In this document: in pieces, positions 19,360 to 27,762 of the stretch
Layout of the letters: each line of letters starts with the position of its first letter
Position numbering within the stretch: position 1 is the stretch's first letter
Source: Gemmatimonadales bacterium
GTDB taxonomy: Bacteria > Gemmatimonadota > Gemmatimonadetes > Gemmatimonadales > GWC2-71-9
Assembly: GCA_035708725.1 (NCBI GenBank)
Contig: DASTFH010000151.1
Location: 3,783-67,782, forward strand
Direction of reading: 5' to 3'
DNA length: 64,000 bases
The notes under the pieces: generated by a model
What the model was told of the DNA's origin: nothing
What the model saw: only the letters and a program-made list of their open reading frames with translations
The model's database searches: none
Made by a program: the position numbers and the translations under genes

Positions 19360-20755
19360 CGCCCACCGCGCCCTGAGCGACGGCGCCCGTGTGCGCATGG
19401 TGTCCTCTGCCGCGCGCCTCGCCGGCGTCACGCCCGGCATGACGCTGAACGCGGCGCGCGCCGCGGTGGAGGCACTCGATGTCCGCCCCTGGGATGATCG
19501 CATCATTGCGCGCGCGGTCACCATGGTCACTGGCCAGCTGGTGGAGCTGAGTCCGCAGGTGACGGCCGCCACCGGCGCGCCCGGGGTCTGGTGGATCGGC
19601 GCCAGCGGGTTCGAGAAGCTGGGCGGCGAGCGCGCCCTGCTCAGGCGGCTCCTCACGCTCGCACAGAAATATCATCCGCGCGCCCGCGTGGCCTCGGCTG
19701 ACACCTGCATCGCCGCGCACGTGGCCACGATGCTTCGCTGGCCCAACAACCGTTCGGCGCACCTGGTGCCGCCGGGCGGATCCATGCGGCTGCTGCGCCG
19801 GGCCCCGCTCACGCTCATCCCCATGGACAACGAACTCCGCGCGGCATTCTCGGCGCTGGGCATCGTCACAGCCGGTGCGCTGGCGGCACTGCCCGCCGGC
19901 GAAGTCGAACGCCGCTGGGGCGATGACGGCCTTCGTGCCTGGCATCTCGCGCGTGGCGACGATGATCGCCGCCCCGTGCTCGCCACCATCTCGGCGGCGG
20001 CCGCGGTCACGGTGGAGCTGCCCGATCCGGTGACGACGCTCGAGCCGGTGCTCTTCCTTCTCACCCCCGCACTGGAGCGGCTGGTGCGTGACTCCGCCGT
20101 GAAGGGCGAGGCGATCGCCGCCGTGGTGCTGACGCTGGTGCTCGATCGCGCGGCACCGCATGAGCTGCTGGTGGCGCTCGCGCGCCCGGTGGCACGTGCG
20201 GCGCCGCTGTTTGACCAATGCCGAGCCGCGCTGGAAGCGTGCGCGCTCGACGCACCGATCCGCGCACTCGCCATCACGGTGCGCGAGGCCGTCCCGCTGC
20301 CTGATGAACAGGGCGACCTGCTCCGTCCCACATGGAAGGATCCCACTGCCATGGAAGGCGTCTTTGCCCGGCTCCGCGCGGGGCTCGGCGTGAATGCGGT
20401 GGTGCGGCCGCTGCTGGTGGACCGGGGGCACCGCATCGAGGATCGCGCCATCTGGGCAGACCGTCCCGCCAGCATGGAGGGTGCGGCGCCGAGCGCCACT
20501 GAGGCCTCCACCCGCCTGCTCACGCCGCCGGCACCGGTGGCAGTGCGGCGGCGGCATGGGAAACCCGCGGCCATTCGCTGGGAGGGACGTCGCTGGGTGG
20601 TGACCCGCGCCGTGGGCCCCGAGCACCTGGCCGGCGCGTGGTGGGACCAGCCCTATGATCGCGAATACTGGTACTGCGACACTCCCCGCGGCTCGCTGCT
20701 CATCTACCACGCCCGCGGCACCGGGCGGTGGTGGGTGGAAGGGTGGGGGGATTGA
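19253..20755 (+). CDS. imuB: ImuB, Y-family-polymerase-like protein
   Basis: GTG start. The N-terminus ACVRIPRFPIGAV is typical of ImuB, and the gene sits between imuA and dnaE2. Overlaps imuA by 107 nt as drawn. Confidence 0.75.
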   Translation: MRSSWRVACVRIPRFPIGAVWSADVTHLPGTDAWDDAHRALSDGARVRMVSSAARLAGVTPGMTLNAARAAVEALDVRPWDDRIIARAVTMVTGQLVELSPQVTAATGAPGVWWIGASGFEKLGGERALLRRLLTLAQKYHPRARVASADTCIAAHVATMLRWPNNRSAHLVPPGGSMRLLRRAPLTLIPMDNELRAAFSALGIVTAGALAALPAGEVERRWGDDGLRAWHLARGDDDRRPVLATISAAAAVTVELPDPVTTLEPVLFLLTPALERLVRDSAVKGEAIAAVVLTLVLDRAAPHELLVALARPVARAAPLFDQCRAALEACALDAPIRALAITVREAVPLPDEQGDLLRPTWKDPTAMEGVFARLRAGLGVNAVVRPLLVDRGHRIEDRAIWADRPASMEGAAPSATEASTRLLTPPAPVAVRRRHGKPAAIRWEGRRWVVTRAVGPEHLAGAWWDQPYDREYWYCDTPRGSLLIYHARGTGRWWVEGWGD

Positions 20756-20759
20756 AGGG

Positions 20760-20910
20760 GGTCGTCGGTCGTCGGTCATCAACTGCACTGTCACTCTGAG
20801 GCTGCGAAGCAGCCGAAGAGGCCGGAGCTTGGTTGAGCTTCGGTCCCTTCGCTTTGCTCAGGGTGACAGACGCAAACCTCCGACGACCGATGACTGACGA
20901 CCGATGACCG
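20760..20910. repeat. Composite hairpin element, type A core (20790-20867), between imuB and dnaE2
   Basis: Left arm (GGTCGTC)2GGTCATC. Core GTCACTCTGAGGCTGCGAAGCAGCCGAAGAGGC...CTCAGGGTGAC. Right arm CCGACGA CCGATGA CTGACGA CCGATGA, an exact-type reverse complement of the left arm that contains the dnaE2 ATG (20904). Confidence 0.9.
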
Positions 20911-23900
20911 CGTACACAGAACTCCACACCCACTCCTGCTTCTCGCTCCTCGACGGTGCGTCCACGCCCGAACGGCTGGTGGAGAGCGCCAGCGCACTGG
21001 GCTACCGCGCGCTCGCGCTCACCGACCACAACGAGATGGGCGGGGCGGTGCAGTTCGCCGAAACGGCGCGCGAGAATGGACTCGCGGCCATTCTTGGCAC
21101 CGAGCTCACGGTGCTGTGGGATGATGAACTCACCCATCTCACCCTGCTGGCCGAGTCGCGCGAGGGGTACGGCAACCTCTGCCAATTGATCACGCAGAGC
21201 CGCATGGAGATGCCGCGCGGTGAGCCGGCGGTGCCGCTGGCGCTACTCGCGCAGCATGCGGCGGGAATCTTTGCGCTCACCGGCTGCCTCCGGGGTCGGG
21301 TGCCGGTGCTGGTGGCACGCGGCGATGAAGCGGCTGCCCGAGCGGCTGCCGCACAGCTGCATGACATGCTCGACGGCCGGCTCGCCATCGAGTGCTGGGA
21401 TCACAGCCTGGAGGAGGAACGCGTCGTCGTCCCGGCACTCCAACGCATCGCGCACTTCCTCGGCGTGCCGTGGGTGGTGACCAACGACGTGCACTACGCC
21501 CATCCCGACGAGTGGCGCACGCATGATGTGCTCACCGCGCTGCGTCACCGGCGGACGCTGGAGGAAATGGGGAGCCGGCTCCGCCCCAGCGGCGAGTGGT
21601 ACCTCAAGCATCCGGCCCAGCATGCCCGGCGCTGGCAGCATGCGCCCGAGGGATTGCTCGCGAGCGTCGAGATCGGCGAACGCTGTGTCTTTCGCCTCGA
21701 GCATCTCAAGCCGGCCATGCCGGATTTTCCCCTGCCGCCCGGCGTCACCGCCGACGAATATCTCGCGCGCCTCGTGGCGCAGGGGGCGCGCGAACGCTGG
21801 GGCCGGGACATCACCCTTGCCCAGCGCCGCCAGCTCATGCATGAGCTGGACCTGATCAGGCGGCTCGACTTTGCCGGCTATTTCCTGATTGTCTGGGACA
21901 TCGTGCGCTTTGCCCGTCGCGAGGGGATCCTCTGCCAGGGCCGGGGCTCCGCCGCCAATTCCGCCGTCTGCTACTGCCTCGGCATCACCGCCATCGATCC
22001 CGTCGCCATGGAGCTCCTGTTCGAGCGCTTCCTGAGTGAGGACCGGCGTGAGGCCCCCGACATCGACCTCGACTTCGCGCACCAGGAACGCGAGCGCGTC
22101 ATCCAGTATGTCTACCAGCGCTACGGCCGCGCGCACGCGGCGATGGTGTGCGAGCAGATCACCTGGCGCGAGCGCAGCGCCATCCGTGACGCGGCGCGGG
22201 TGCTCGGGTACTCGGCGGAGGAGGGGGACGTACTTGCAGAGATGGCGGAGCAGGGAGGAAGGGTCAACGGTCAACAGTCAACGGTCGACCGTCGACCGTC
22301 GACCGTCGACCGCGTAGCCGCCTCCCTCCACGGCCTCCCCCGTCATCGCTCCATCCACGTGGGCGGGTTTGTGCTGACGCGCGAGCCGCTGGCGACGGTT
22401 GTCCCGATCGAGCCCGCATCCATGCCGGACCGCACCGTGATCCAGTGGGAGAAGGACGACCTCGATCCGGTCGGTCTGGTAAAGATCGACCTGCTGGGCC
22501 TCGGCATGCTCACCGCGCTGCAGGAGTGCCTGCACACCATCCGTCGCACCCGGGGCGTGTCGCTCGACCTCGCCACCATCCCGCACGGCGACATGGCGGT
22601 GTACGACGACCTGTGCCGAGCCGATACCGTGGGCGTCTTCCAGGTGGAGAGTCGGGCGCAGATGAACACGCTGCCCAGGCTCAAGCCGCGCTGCTTCTAC
22701 GATCTCGTGGTAGAGGTGGCGCTGATCCGTCCCGGCCCCATCCAGGGCGACATGGTGCATCCCTACCTGCGGCGGCGGGCGGGCACCGAGGCGGTGACCT
22801 ATCCGCATCCCGCGCTCGAGCCGATCCTCAAGCGCACGCTCGGTGTGCCGCTCTTCCAGGAGCAGGGAATGCAGGTGGCCATCACGGCGGCCGGCTTCAC
22901 CCCCGGCGAGGCCGACACGCTGCGGCGCGCCATGGGGCACAAGCGCTCGCGCGAGCGGATGGCGGCGATCTGCGCCAAGCTGATTGCGGGGATGCGGCAG
23001 AACGGGATTCCGGAGGAGACGGCGCAGAAGATCTTCAACCAGATCAACGCCTTTGCGGATTACGGCTTTCCCGAGAGTCACGCCGCCAGCTTTGCGATCC
23101 TGGTCTATGCCTCGGCCTATCTCCGCCACTACTACGCGCCAGAATATCTCGCGGCGATGCTCAACGCCCAGCCGATGGGGTTCTACTCGACGGGCACGCT
23201 GGTGGAAGATGCCAGGCGGCATGGCGTGGAGGTGCGCGGCGTGGACCTCACACGGTCGTCGTGGGATTGCACCATGGAAGCAGGCCGCAATGGACCGGTG
23301 GTGCGGCTGGGACTCCGTACCGTGCGCGGGCTGGGTGCGCGAGCGCGGGAGATTCTCGGAGCCGGGGCGGCCACCCGCGCCTACCGGAGCGTGAGTGATG
23401 TCGTCCATGCGGGACTCGACCGCCGCACGTTGCGCGCGCTGGCGGAAGCGGGTGCGTTCGACGGCATGTTTCCCGATGCGCCGGCCAGGAGGCGGAGGCG
23501 CACCGCGCTCTGGGCCGTGCTCGCCGCCGAGCGGGGCGATGCGGGCCCGCTGGCGCCGCCGGTGGCGCTGGTCGAGCCACCGGCATTGCCGGCGATGACG
23601 CCGGTGGAGCTCACGGAAGCCGATTACCGGATGACCGGGCTTTCGCTCGCCGGGCACCCCATGAGCCACCTGCGCGAGTGGCTCAGGCGGAATGGGGTGC
23701 CGACGGCGGCGGAAGTGCTGGAAGATGCGACCTGCGACCTGCGACCTGTGACTTGCGACCTGCGACCCGCGACCCGCGACCTGCGACCTGTGACCGTCGT
23801 AGTCGCCGGCCTGGTCATCTGCCGCCAGCGGCCGCACACGGCCCATGGGTTCGTGTTCGTCACGCTGGAGGACGAAACCGGGATGCTCAATGTGGTGATC

Positions 23901-24068
23901 CCGCCCACGGTCTTCGAGAAGCAGCGGTTGTTGATTGCCAGGACGCCGTTGCTGCTGGTGCGGGGGGAGCTGCAGGTGGAGGGGCTGGTGGTCAATATCA
24001 AGGCGGCGGAATGCGAGGCGATTCATGCTGCCGTGGGCAGGCATGCGAGGAGCCATGATTTCCATTGA
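20904..24068 (+). CDS. dnaE2: Error-prone DNA polymerase III alpha-like subunit DnaE2
   Basis: The PHP N-terminus YTELHTHSCFSLLDGAS, pol III alpha core blocks (GRGSAANSAVCYCLGIT, DIDLDF, FQVESRAQM) and the OB fold region VAGLVICRQRPHTAHGFVFVTLEDETG are all present. Synteny with imuA and imuB supports the call. Confidence 0.9.
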   Translation: MTAYTELHTHSCFSLLDGASTPERLVESASALGYRALALTDHNEMGGAVQFAETARENGLAAILGTELTVLWDDELTHLTLLAESREGYGNLCQLITQSRMEMPRGEPAVPLALLAQHAAGIFALTGCLRGRVPVLVARGDEAAARAAAAQLHDMLDGRLAIECWDHSLEEERVVVPALQRIAHFLGVPWVVTNDVHYAHPDEWRTHDVLTALRHRRTLEEMGSRLRPSGEWYLKHPAQHARRWQHAPEGLLASVEIGERCVFRLEHLKPAMPDFPLPPGVTADEYLARLVAQGARERWGRDITLAQRRQLMHELDLIRRLDFAGYFLIVWDIVRFARREGILCQGRGSAANSAVCYCLGITAIDPVAMELLFERFLSEDRREAPDIDLDFAHQERERVIQYVYQRYGRAHAAMVCEQITWRERSAIRDAARVLGYSAEEGDVLAEMAEQGGRVNGQQSTVDRRPSTVDRVAASLHGLPRHRSIHVGGFVLTREPLATVVPIEPASMPDRTVIQWEKDDLDPVGLVKIDLLGLGMLTALQECLHTIRRTRGVSLDLATIPHGDMAVYDDLCRADTVGVFQVESRAQMNTLPRLKPRCFYDLVVEVALIRPGPIQGDMVHPYLRRRAGTEAVTYPHPALEPILKRTLGVPLFQEQGMQVAITAAGFTPGEADTLRRAMGHKRSRERMAAICAKLIAGMRQNGIPEETAQKIFNQINAFADYGFPESHAASFAILVYASAYLRHYYAPEYLAAMLNAQPMGFYSTGTLVEDARRHGVEVRGVDLTRSSWDCTMEAGRNGPVVRLGLRTVRGLGARAREILGAGAATRAYRSVSDVVHAGLDRRTLRALAEAGAFDGMFPDAPARRRRRTALWAVLAAERGDAGPLAPPVALVEPPALPAMTPVELTEADYRMTGLSLAGHPMSHLREWLRRNGVPTAAEVLEDATCDLRPVTCDLRPATRDLRPVTVVVAGLVICRQRPHTAHGFVFVTLEDETGMLNVVIPPTVFEKQRLLIARTPLLLVRGELQVEGLVVNIKAAECEAIHAAVGRHARSHDFH
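22262..22310 (+). repeat. Heptamer array inside the dnaE2 CDS
   Basis: (GGTCAAC)2 AGTCAAC GGTCGAC (CGTCGAC)3, translated as VNGQQSTVDRRPSTVDR in a linker before LHGLPRH. Confidence 0.85.
23727..23796 (+). repeat. Heptamer array inside the dnaE2 CDS
   Basis: Ten units of GCGACCT/GTGACTT/GCGACCC, translated as CDLRPVT CDLRPAT RDLRPVT directly before the OB-fold segment VVVAGLV. Confidence 0.85.
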
Positions 24069-24072
24069 GGCA

Positions 24073-24135
24073 GTCGGGCGTCGGGCGTCGAGCGTCGAGC
24101 GTCAAGCGCTCGACGCCAGACGCTTGACGCGCGAC
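24073..24135. repeat. Coreless hairpin array
   Basis: (GTCGGGC)2(GTCGAGC)2GTCAAGC | GCTCGAC GCCAGAC GCTTGAC GCGCGAC. It starts 5 nt after the dnaE2 stop and ends 2 nt before the DUF72 ATG. Confidence 0.85.
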
Positions 24136-24137
24136 GC

Positions 24138-25124
24138 ATGACCCACGACCCCGGCATCGACGCCGCCACGCGCCGCGCCGACGCGCTGGCCGACGTGGAC
24201 GCGGTGCCCATCATGGTGGGCAAGGCCGAGGTGCGGATCGGGACGGCGGGGTGGACCGACCCCACGCTTACGAAGCGCGGCGTGTTCTATCCTGCCGGTG
24301 CGGACAGCGCGGAGGACCGGCTCCGCTACTACGCCAGCCGCTTCTCGATGGTGGAGGTGGATTCCACCTATTACGCGCTGCCGGTGTCGCAGATGGCCGA
24401 GCGCTGGGTGGAGCGCACGCCGGAGGGCTTTGTCTTTGACGTGAAGGCGCATGCCCTGATGACGGGGCATCCCACCGATCCGCATCGCCTCCCTCCTGCG
24501 TTAAGAGAAGAGCTGGGCGGCAGTGCCGATGCGCATCGCGTGTATCCCAGGGACATGTCGGATGCGCTGCTGGATCATGTCTGGGAATTTTTTCGCGACG
24601 CGCTCCGGCCGTTGTACGACGCGGGGAAGATGGGCTCGGTGCTCATGCAGTATCCGCCCTGGTTCATGCCGTCCAAGGGCAACGTGGCCAGGATTCTCGA
24701 AGCTCGGCAGCGCCTGGCGCCGCTGGAGATCGCGGTGGAGCTGCGTAACGCGCGCTGGTTCAGCGAGAAGGTCGGCCCGCGCACCGTCGACTGGTGCACC
24801 GAGCATGCAGTGCCGCTCGTCATGGTAGACGAGCCGCAGGGGACGCCGCACAGCGTGCCGAGGCTGGTCACGGTCACGTCCCCTTCGCTGGCGATCCTCC
24901 GCCTGCATGGCCGGAAGGCGGCGACCTGGGCGCGGCGCGGCGCGAGCGTGGGCGAGAAGTACCGCTATCTGTACGACCGGGAGGAGCTGCAGTCGCTGGT
25001 GCCGGACGTCGAGGACGCCGGCCGCGAGGCTCGGCGCATGCACATCATCTTCAATAATTGCTATGGGAACTACGGGACGACGAATGCGCTGGAGATGTGG
25101 GAGGAGCTAAGCGCTCAGCGCTGA
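24138..25124 (+). CDS. DUF72 family protein
   Basis: IGTAGWTDP, FYP..., RLRYYASRFSMVEVDSTYYALP and the IFNNCYGNY C-terminal block. Confidence 0.8.
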   Translation: MTHDPGIDAATRRADALADVDAVPIMVGKAEVRIGTAGWTDPTLTKRGVFYPAGADSAEDRLRYYASRFSMVEVDSTYYALPVSQMAERWVERTPEGFVFDVKAHALMTGHPTDPHRLPPALREELGGSADAHRVYPRDMSDALLDHVWEFFRDALRPLYDAGKMGSVLMQYPPWFMPSKGNVARILEARQRLAPLEIAVELRNARWFSEKVGPRTVDWCTEHAVPLVMVDEPQGTPHSVPRLVTVTSPSLAILRLHGRKAATWARRGASVGEKYRYLYDREELQSLVPDVEDAGREARRMHIIFNNCYGNYGTTNALEMWEELSAQR

Positions 25125-26007
25125 GCGCTGAGCGCTTAGCGTTCTTCTTCACGAACTCGCGAATCAGCACGAAGGCGGAATCTCCCGGCTCGCTCATCCG
25201 GTGCATGGCGCTGTAGTGTGACCGTCCCGGCAGCACCTGGTACTCGGCATGGTTGCCAAGCGCGACGGCGCGCTCGACAAAGGTCCGGTTGGTCTTCAGG
25301 ATGGGTGGCTGTACCTGTTCGCTGTCCGCGATGAGGAACAGGTATGGCGGCATGTCGCGGCGCACATGCTGGATGGGCCAGTGATCCAGGTACATGTCCA
25401 GGCTTTCAAACATCGGGTAGTCGTCGCCACGCACGAATCTCTGCTCGATCCGCGCACGACCGTTGCGCTCCATCGCCTGCTGCAGGTCATCGTCCCACAT
25501 GATGGATCCCATGACCATGACGCCGCGGAGGTCGGCCGTTGTCAGCCCCTGCTCGCGCAGGTAGCGCTCATCGGCGCCCAGAAGGGCTGCCAGCATGGCG
25601 CCCGAGCTGTGCCCGAGGAGGAACAGGCTCGCCGAATCGCCGCCGCGCGCACCGACATTGGCTCGCAGCCAGGCCACTGCCCCCGCCACATCCTGTGCCT
25701 GCGCCGGCCATCGGTGGGCCGTCCCGAGCCGGTAGTTGATGTTGGCGCACGCGATGCCCGCCGCAGGAAAGGGAGCGCAGGCATCGCGGTAGTCGTCGTC
25801 GGCCTTGTCGCCGCTCGTGAGGCTGCCGCCATGAATGAAGATCACGGTGGGGAAGCCGACGGACGCCGGCGTCGAGAGATCCAGGCGCTGCGCTGGATCC
25901 TGACCGTATGCCAGGTCCTTTTCGACCTGCTGCGCCACGGCCGCGCGAGCGTGCGCGCTGACGAGCAGCACGGCCGCCACCACGGCTGGCTGGTAGCGAA
26001 GGTTCAT
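25051..26007 (-). CDS. Alpha/beta hydrolase (esterase/lipase-like), secreted
   Basis: Signal peptide, VIFIHGGSLTSGD, nucleophile elbow GHSSGA. The last ~30 aa are read from the palindrome and the antisense of the DUF72 gene, so the true C-terminus is uncertain. Confidence 0.7.
   Translation of the reverse strand: MNLRYQPAVVAAVLLVSAHARAAVAQQVEKDLAYGQDPAQRLDLSTPASVGFPTVIFIHGGSLTSGDKADDDYRDACAPFPAAGIACANINYRLGTAHRWPAQAQDVAGAVAWLRANVGARGGDSASLFLLGHSSGAMLAALLGADERYLREQGLTTADLRGVMVMGSIMWDDDLQQAMERNGRARIEQRFVRGDDYPMFESLDMYLDHWPIQHVRRDMPPYLFLIADSEQVQPPILKTNRTFVERAVALGNHAEYQVLPGRSHYSAMHRMSEPGDSAFVLIREFVKKNAKRSALSAERLAPPTSPAHSSSRSSHSNY
25108..25141. repeat. Palindromic heptamer block
   Basis: TAAGCGCTCAGCGCTGAGCGCTGAGCGCTTAGC. 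It contains the DUF72 stop (25122-25124) and is read through by the convergent hydrolase ORF. Confidence 0.8.
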
Positions 26008-26678
26008 CGTGACGCCTCGCTGGACGCGCCGAATCTCTTCACGGCGTCGTAATAGTGATTCTCGCCTTCATCGTCGTATTCGCGAATAACAGGGAATCCG
26101 AGCTCTCTCAACCTGGTTCGATAGACCTGGGCGCCCAGCGAACGCGACTCCTCCCCGGTCATCACGTCGCGCCAGCTGCACGCCTGCGCCGCGCTGGTGA
26201 ACAGCAATCGCCCTCCCGGCTCCAGCACGTCCGCGACGCGTCGCAGCAGCTCGAGCTGGGTGGCTTCCGGGAGCAGAAACCACAGTCCCCACGCGAGCAC
26301 CGCATCAAAGCGCCGACCAAAGAACGACGCGTCCTCCACTGCCTCGCAGGCGACTGTGACGCCAGGGAGGTTTGTCCGAAACTCGGCGACGAGCGTGGGC
26401 GAGGCGTCGATCCCGTACACGGTGAGCCCCTCGTCAATCAGCACCTGCGTGAGGGGAAGCCCTGAGCCGCAGCCGAGGTCGAGCACGGTGGCGCCGGCGG
26501 GCACGGATTGGGCCCACGCCCGCACGGCCGTCACGCCGATACCGGTGACCGCCCTGCCGCGAACAACGAGAAATTGCTCCGCGATTCGTTCGTAGCCGCT
26601 TGCGAGACTCGACAGTGATTCTCCATGATCGGCGGTAATCACCCGAGAGTTCCCGGGAGCACGATCCTCGGGACCCAT
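26004..26678 (-). CDS. Class I SAM-dependent methyltransferase
   Basis: VLDLGCGSGLP motif I, acidic loop VYGIDAS. 4-nt overlap with the hydrolase start. Confidence 0.75.
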   Translation of the reverse strand: MGPEDRAPGNSRVITADHGESLSSLASGYERIAEQFLVVRGRAVTGIGVTAVRAWAQSVPAGATVLDLGCGSGLPLTQVLIDEGLTVYGIDASPTLVAEFRTNLPGVTVACEAVEDASFFGRRFDAVLAWGLWFLLPEATQLELLRRVADVLEPGGRLLFTSAAQACSWRDVMTGEESRSLGAQVYRTRLRELGFPVIREYDDEGENHYYDAVKRFGASSEASR

Positions 26679-26750
26679 GGCTCGTGCCCCGACGGAGGTG
26701 CCGACGATCGTCGGAGTGGAGGGTCAGCCTTACGGTGCTCCGCCCTCATC

Positions 26751-27020
26751 CTACGACACCTGGTTGAAGAGCCCGGTTGCCAGAAGCGGTAGCCACACCA
26801 GCATGCCGAGCGTACCGACGATCAAGATCCACCACAACGTAAAGCCACCCCGGAGCTGCCCACCGGAGGCTGCCGTCATGCGCCGCGCCTTCAAGCCGTG
26901 ATAGACGGCGATGGCAGAGCCGATGCCCATCAGCCATAGAATGGGGAAAAGCAGGCCGCGGCCGAGCCCCTTCTGGAACGCTGCCCGATCGACATCGTCT
27001 GGCGCGCTGACAGATGTCAT
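26751..27020 (-). CDS. Small two-TM membrane protein
   Basis: 89 aa with two hydrophobic helices (LLFPILWLMGIGSAIAVY, WWILIVGTLGMLVWLPLLATGL); lower-GC neighbourhood. Confidence 0.4.
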   Translation of the reverse strand: MTSVSAPDDVDRAAFQKGLGRGLLFPILWLMGIGSAIAVYHGLKARRMTAASGGQLRGGFTLWWILIVGTLGMLVWLPLLATGLFNQVS

Positions 27021-27136
27021 GAGGGATCCTGCGAGAGGCTCGCTAATGCATTCGCATCAGCTGCAAGGGCGCCAATCAAATCTTAAACGGACGCAAGACG
27101 TCGGCGCCCTTGTCGGCTGCATGCAGTGATTAGGCC

Positions 27137-27430
27137 TCAGCTCACCCGCTGGCGGCGCTGCCGCTCCTGCTCCAGGCGCTCCGCGAGGAACATCTTGAGC
27201 AGGCTTTGATAGGGCACGTCCTGCTGGTTGGCGAGCAGTTTCAACTCTTCGAGCATCGCCTCTGGCAGGCGCAGGGAAATCGTGGCCGTCGACGGCTTGA
27301 GGTTGGCCAGCGTGATCCGTCGCGCGGCCGACCAGTCGAGCACGGCACTCGAATCCTGGCGCTGCCAGTAGGCGCGCTCCTCGTGCTCGCTCCTAAAGCG
27401 TGGGATCTTCGCCGTGGGCTTCTTGGGCAT
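27137..27430 (-). CDS. brnA: BrnA-type (RHH/CopG-like) antitoxin
   Basis: MPKKPTAKIPRFRSEHEERAYWQRQDS...ISLRLPEAMLEELKLLA. The ATG at 27430 was verified in the sequence. The longer ORF-track N-terminus is rejected. Confidence 0.75.
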   Translation of the reverse strand: MPKKPTAKIPRFRSEHEERAYWQRQDSSAVLDWSAARRITLANLKPSTATISLRLPEAMLEELKLLANQQDVPYQSLLKMFLAERLEQERQRRQRVS

Positions 27431-27728
27431 GCTGATACACCTCTCGCTCGCGGCGGCTCTGGTCCCGGGCCGAGATGACCCGAATGAGCGAGCCCCGCAT
27501 GGTAAAGACCACAAATAAGTCTCGGCCCAAGGGCGTCCGGCCCAGCACGTAGTACCGCGCCTCGGCGCCGGAATGGGCGGCGTCGGGCGCCAGCAGCAGG
27601 GGATGCTGGAAGAAGACCATCTCGCATTCGGCCTGCGTGACGGCGTGCCCGACCCAGTTCTTCGTGGCATTGCCGGCATCCCACTGAAAGCCGGTTGCGG
27701 CGGCCAGCGCCTCCCACGGGTCAACCAT
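27393..27728 (-). CDS. brnT: BrnT (DUF497) toxin
   Basis: FQWDAGNATKN...HS..E.RYYVLG...VVFTMRGSLIRVISARDQSRRERE matches the BrnT family pattern. Lies upstream of, and overlaps, brnA. Confidence 0.8.
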   Translation of the reverse strand: MVDPWEALAAATGFQWDAGNATKNWVGHAVTQAECEMVFFQHPLLLAPDAAHSGAEARYYVLGRTPLGRDLFVVFTMRGSLIRVISARDQSRREREVYQHAQEAHGEDPTL

Positions 27729-27733
27729 GCACT

Positions 27734-27762
27734 AGTATATGGCAGAAATATACGGGCGTCAA
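27734..27762 (-). promoter_or_regulatory. Sigma-70-type promoter of brnTA, apparently leaderless
   Basis: Minus strand reads TTGACG (27762-27757), a 17-nt spacer, TATACT (27739-27734), 5 nt, then ATG (27728). The inverted repeat GTATAT-n7-ATATAC overlaps the spacer and -10 element. Confidence 0.5.

Noticed and set aside
27064-27113. 10-bp inverted repeat CAAGGGCGCC...GGCGCCCTTG downstream of brnA as a terminator.
   Set aside because: The loop is 29 nt and there is no U tract, so it is too weak to call.
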